Source: an uncultured Martelella sp.
GTDB taxonomy: Bacteria > Pseudomonadota > Alphaproteobacteria > Rhizobiales > Rhizobiaceae
DNA: 64,000 nucleotides
Direction of reading: 5' to 3'
NCBI GenBank assembly: GCA_963676545.2
Contig: CAXXRG010000002.1
Coordinates: forward strand, 535,990-599,989
Below, one piece after another: positions 62,659 through 64,000 of the stretch. A program made the translations under genes and the position numbers. The notes under the pieces were generated by a model that was not told the origin of the DNA, searched no databases, and worked only from the letters and a program-made list of their open reading frames with translations. Positions within the stretch are counted from its first letter, which is position 1. The number at the start of each line of letters is the position of its first letter.

Positions 62659-63335
62659 CCGCGATCACCCTCCTGACCGGGCGCGCCAGACCGCTGCCGG
62701 GAAGCGACGCGCGAAGCGGCATTATGAAAGCGCCGGTGGAAAGGCCGCTTCGCCTCGGCCAGGAAGGGTTCGAAGGCGACGAGCAGGCGGACCGGCGGGT
62801 TCACGGCGGCGTCGAAAAGGCCGTGCATCATTACCCGCTGGATCATTATCCGCTCTGGCGAGAAGAACTCGGCGATCTGCCGGCGCTTGCCGTTCCCGGC
62901 GGATTTGGCGAGAACATCTCGGCATACGGCCCCACCGAAAACATTGTCGCAGTGGGAGATGTTTTCCGGCTGGGCACGGCACTCCTGCAGGTCTCGCAGG
63001 GGCGACAGCCCTGCTGGAAACTCAATCATCGTTTCGAGGTGCCTGACATGGCCCGTCGCGTGCAGCAGAGCGGCCGCACCGGCTGGTATCATCGCGTGCT
63101 GGAAGACGGGCTCGTGAAGACGGGAGATCGGCTTGAACTGGTGGACCGCGTCGCACCGGACTGGACGCTCCACCGGCTCTGGCATGCGCTTTATGTCGAC
63201 CGGCTGAACCTGGACGAACTGAAGGGCATCGCAGCCCTCGACGTGCTGGCCGAAGGCTGGCGGAGATATGCGGTGCGGCGGCTCGAGAGCGGTCGGGTGG
63301 AGGATTGGCGCAACAGACTGGACGGCACTCCATGA
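62655..63335 (+). CDS. MOSC-domain protein (YiiM-like)
   Basis: HGGVEKAV, FGENIS, SQGRQPCWKL, TGWYHRVLEDG. Confidence 0.9.
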   Translation: MTAITLLTGRARPLPGSDARSGIMKAPVERPLRLGQEGFEGDEQADRRVHGGVEKAVHHYPLDHYPLWREELGDLPALAVPGGFGENISAYGPTENIVAVGDVFRLGTALLQVSQGRQPCWKLNHRFEVPDMARRVQQSGRTGWYHRVLEDGLVKTGDRLELVDRVAPDWTLHRLWHALYVDRLNLDELKGIAALDVLAEGWRRYAVRRLESGRVEDWRNRLDGTP

Positions 63336-64000
63336 CCTCTCCTCCCTTCGTGATATCGATCCAGAGTCAGGTCGTGTTCGGCCATGTCGGCAATTCCGCG
63401 GCCGTGTTTCCGATGCTCGCGGCTGGGCTGGAGGTGGCGGCGATCCCGACGGTCATCTTCTCCAACACGCCCGACTATCCGACGTTGCGTGGCCGGGCGC
63501 TGCCGCCGGAATTCTTCTCGGACCTGTTGCAGGGCGCACGCGAGCGCGGCCTGCCGGAACGCGCGGATTTCATCCTGACAGGCTATATCGGCTCGTTCGA
63601 TGTGGCGCTGATGGTCGCGGATTTCGTGGCCGAGGCCAAGGCCGTCAATCCGCGCCTTGTCTATCTCTGCGATCCGGTGATGGGCGATGCCGGGCCCGGC
63701 CTCTATGTGCCGGAAGCGATCGCCGACGTCATGCGCGACCGATTGCTGCCGATGGCCGATATCGCGACGCCGAACCCGTTCGAACTGGGCTGGCTGACCG
63801 GGCAGCCGATCGCGTCCATGGCGGGCCTCAAAGCCGCGCGAGCCTTTCTCCGCATCGCGCCCGGCGCCCATCTTATCGCCACGGGCTGCGCGCTCGAAGA
63901 TACGCCCGACGGCCATATCGAAAGCGTCATTCTCGGAGCCGCCGGCGCAAGCCGTCATCCGGTGGAGCACCTGCCGGTCGCGCTTCCGGGAACGGGCGAT
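63332..64000 (+). CDS. pdxY: Pyridoxal/pyridoxamine kinase; 3' end beyond window
   Basis: Not in ORF track. ISIQSQVVFGHVGNSAA, TGYIGS, CDPVMGD, TPNPFEL, GTGD. Confidence 0.88.
   Translation, partial: MTSPPFVISIQSQVVFGHVGNSAAVFPMLAAGLEVAAIPTVIFSNTPDYPTLRGRALPPEFFSDLLQGARERGLPERADFILTGYIGSFDVALMVADFVAEAKAVNPRLVYLCDPVMGDAGPGLYVPEAIADVMRDRLLPMADIATPNPFELGWLTGQPIASMAGLKAARAFLRIAPGAHLIATGCALEDTPDGHIESVILGAAGASRHPVEHLPVALPGTGD

Overview
GC-rich alphaproteobacterial chromosome segment (Rhizobiales-like; several acidic periplasmic proteins suggest a marine or halotolerant genus such as Martelella, not verifiable here). In order: a partial membrane-bound hybrid histidine kinase absent from the ORF track; urtABCDE and ureDABC (no ureEFG in the window); a peroxiredoxin; an Opp/Dpp-type ABC + amidase + M20 hydrolase cluster; deoB-add-upp; assorted enzymes; xseA; an orphan three-gene GTA/phage head-spike locus; dnaA, rpsT, ldhA, mutM, ubiE, ubiB; an RsmB-family methyltransferase; an imelysin/di-heme operon; and guaA. 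A P4-type integrase island inserted at the guaA 3' end carries alpA, a decayed mocR copy, bioR-bioY-bioB with BioR boxes, and a mocR/GATase/MOSC/pyridoxal kinase module that runs off the window. The strongest candidate for an undescribed system is a 375-bp cassette: an intact-looking GIY-YIG nuclease gene tightly bracketed by inverted CGTC-tagged 30-nt REP hairpins, inside a four-REP array that splits urtD from urtE. Nuclease-free doublets of the same repeat occur elsewhere in the window and show compensatory stem changes. Start codons were re-picked by eye. No homology searches were run; family calls rest on recognised motifs and synteny statements on recall.
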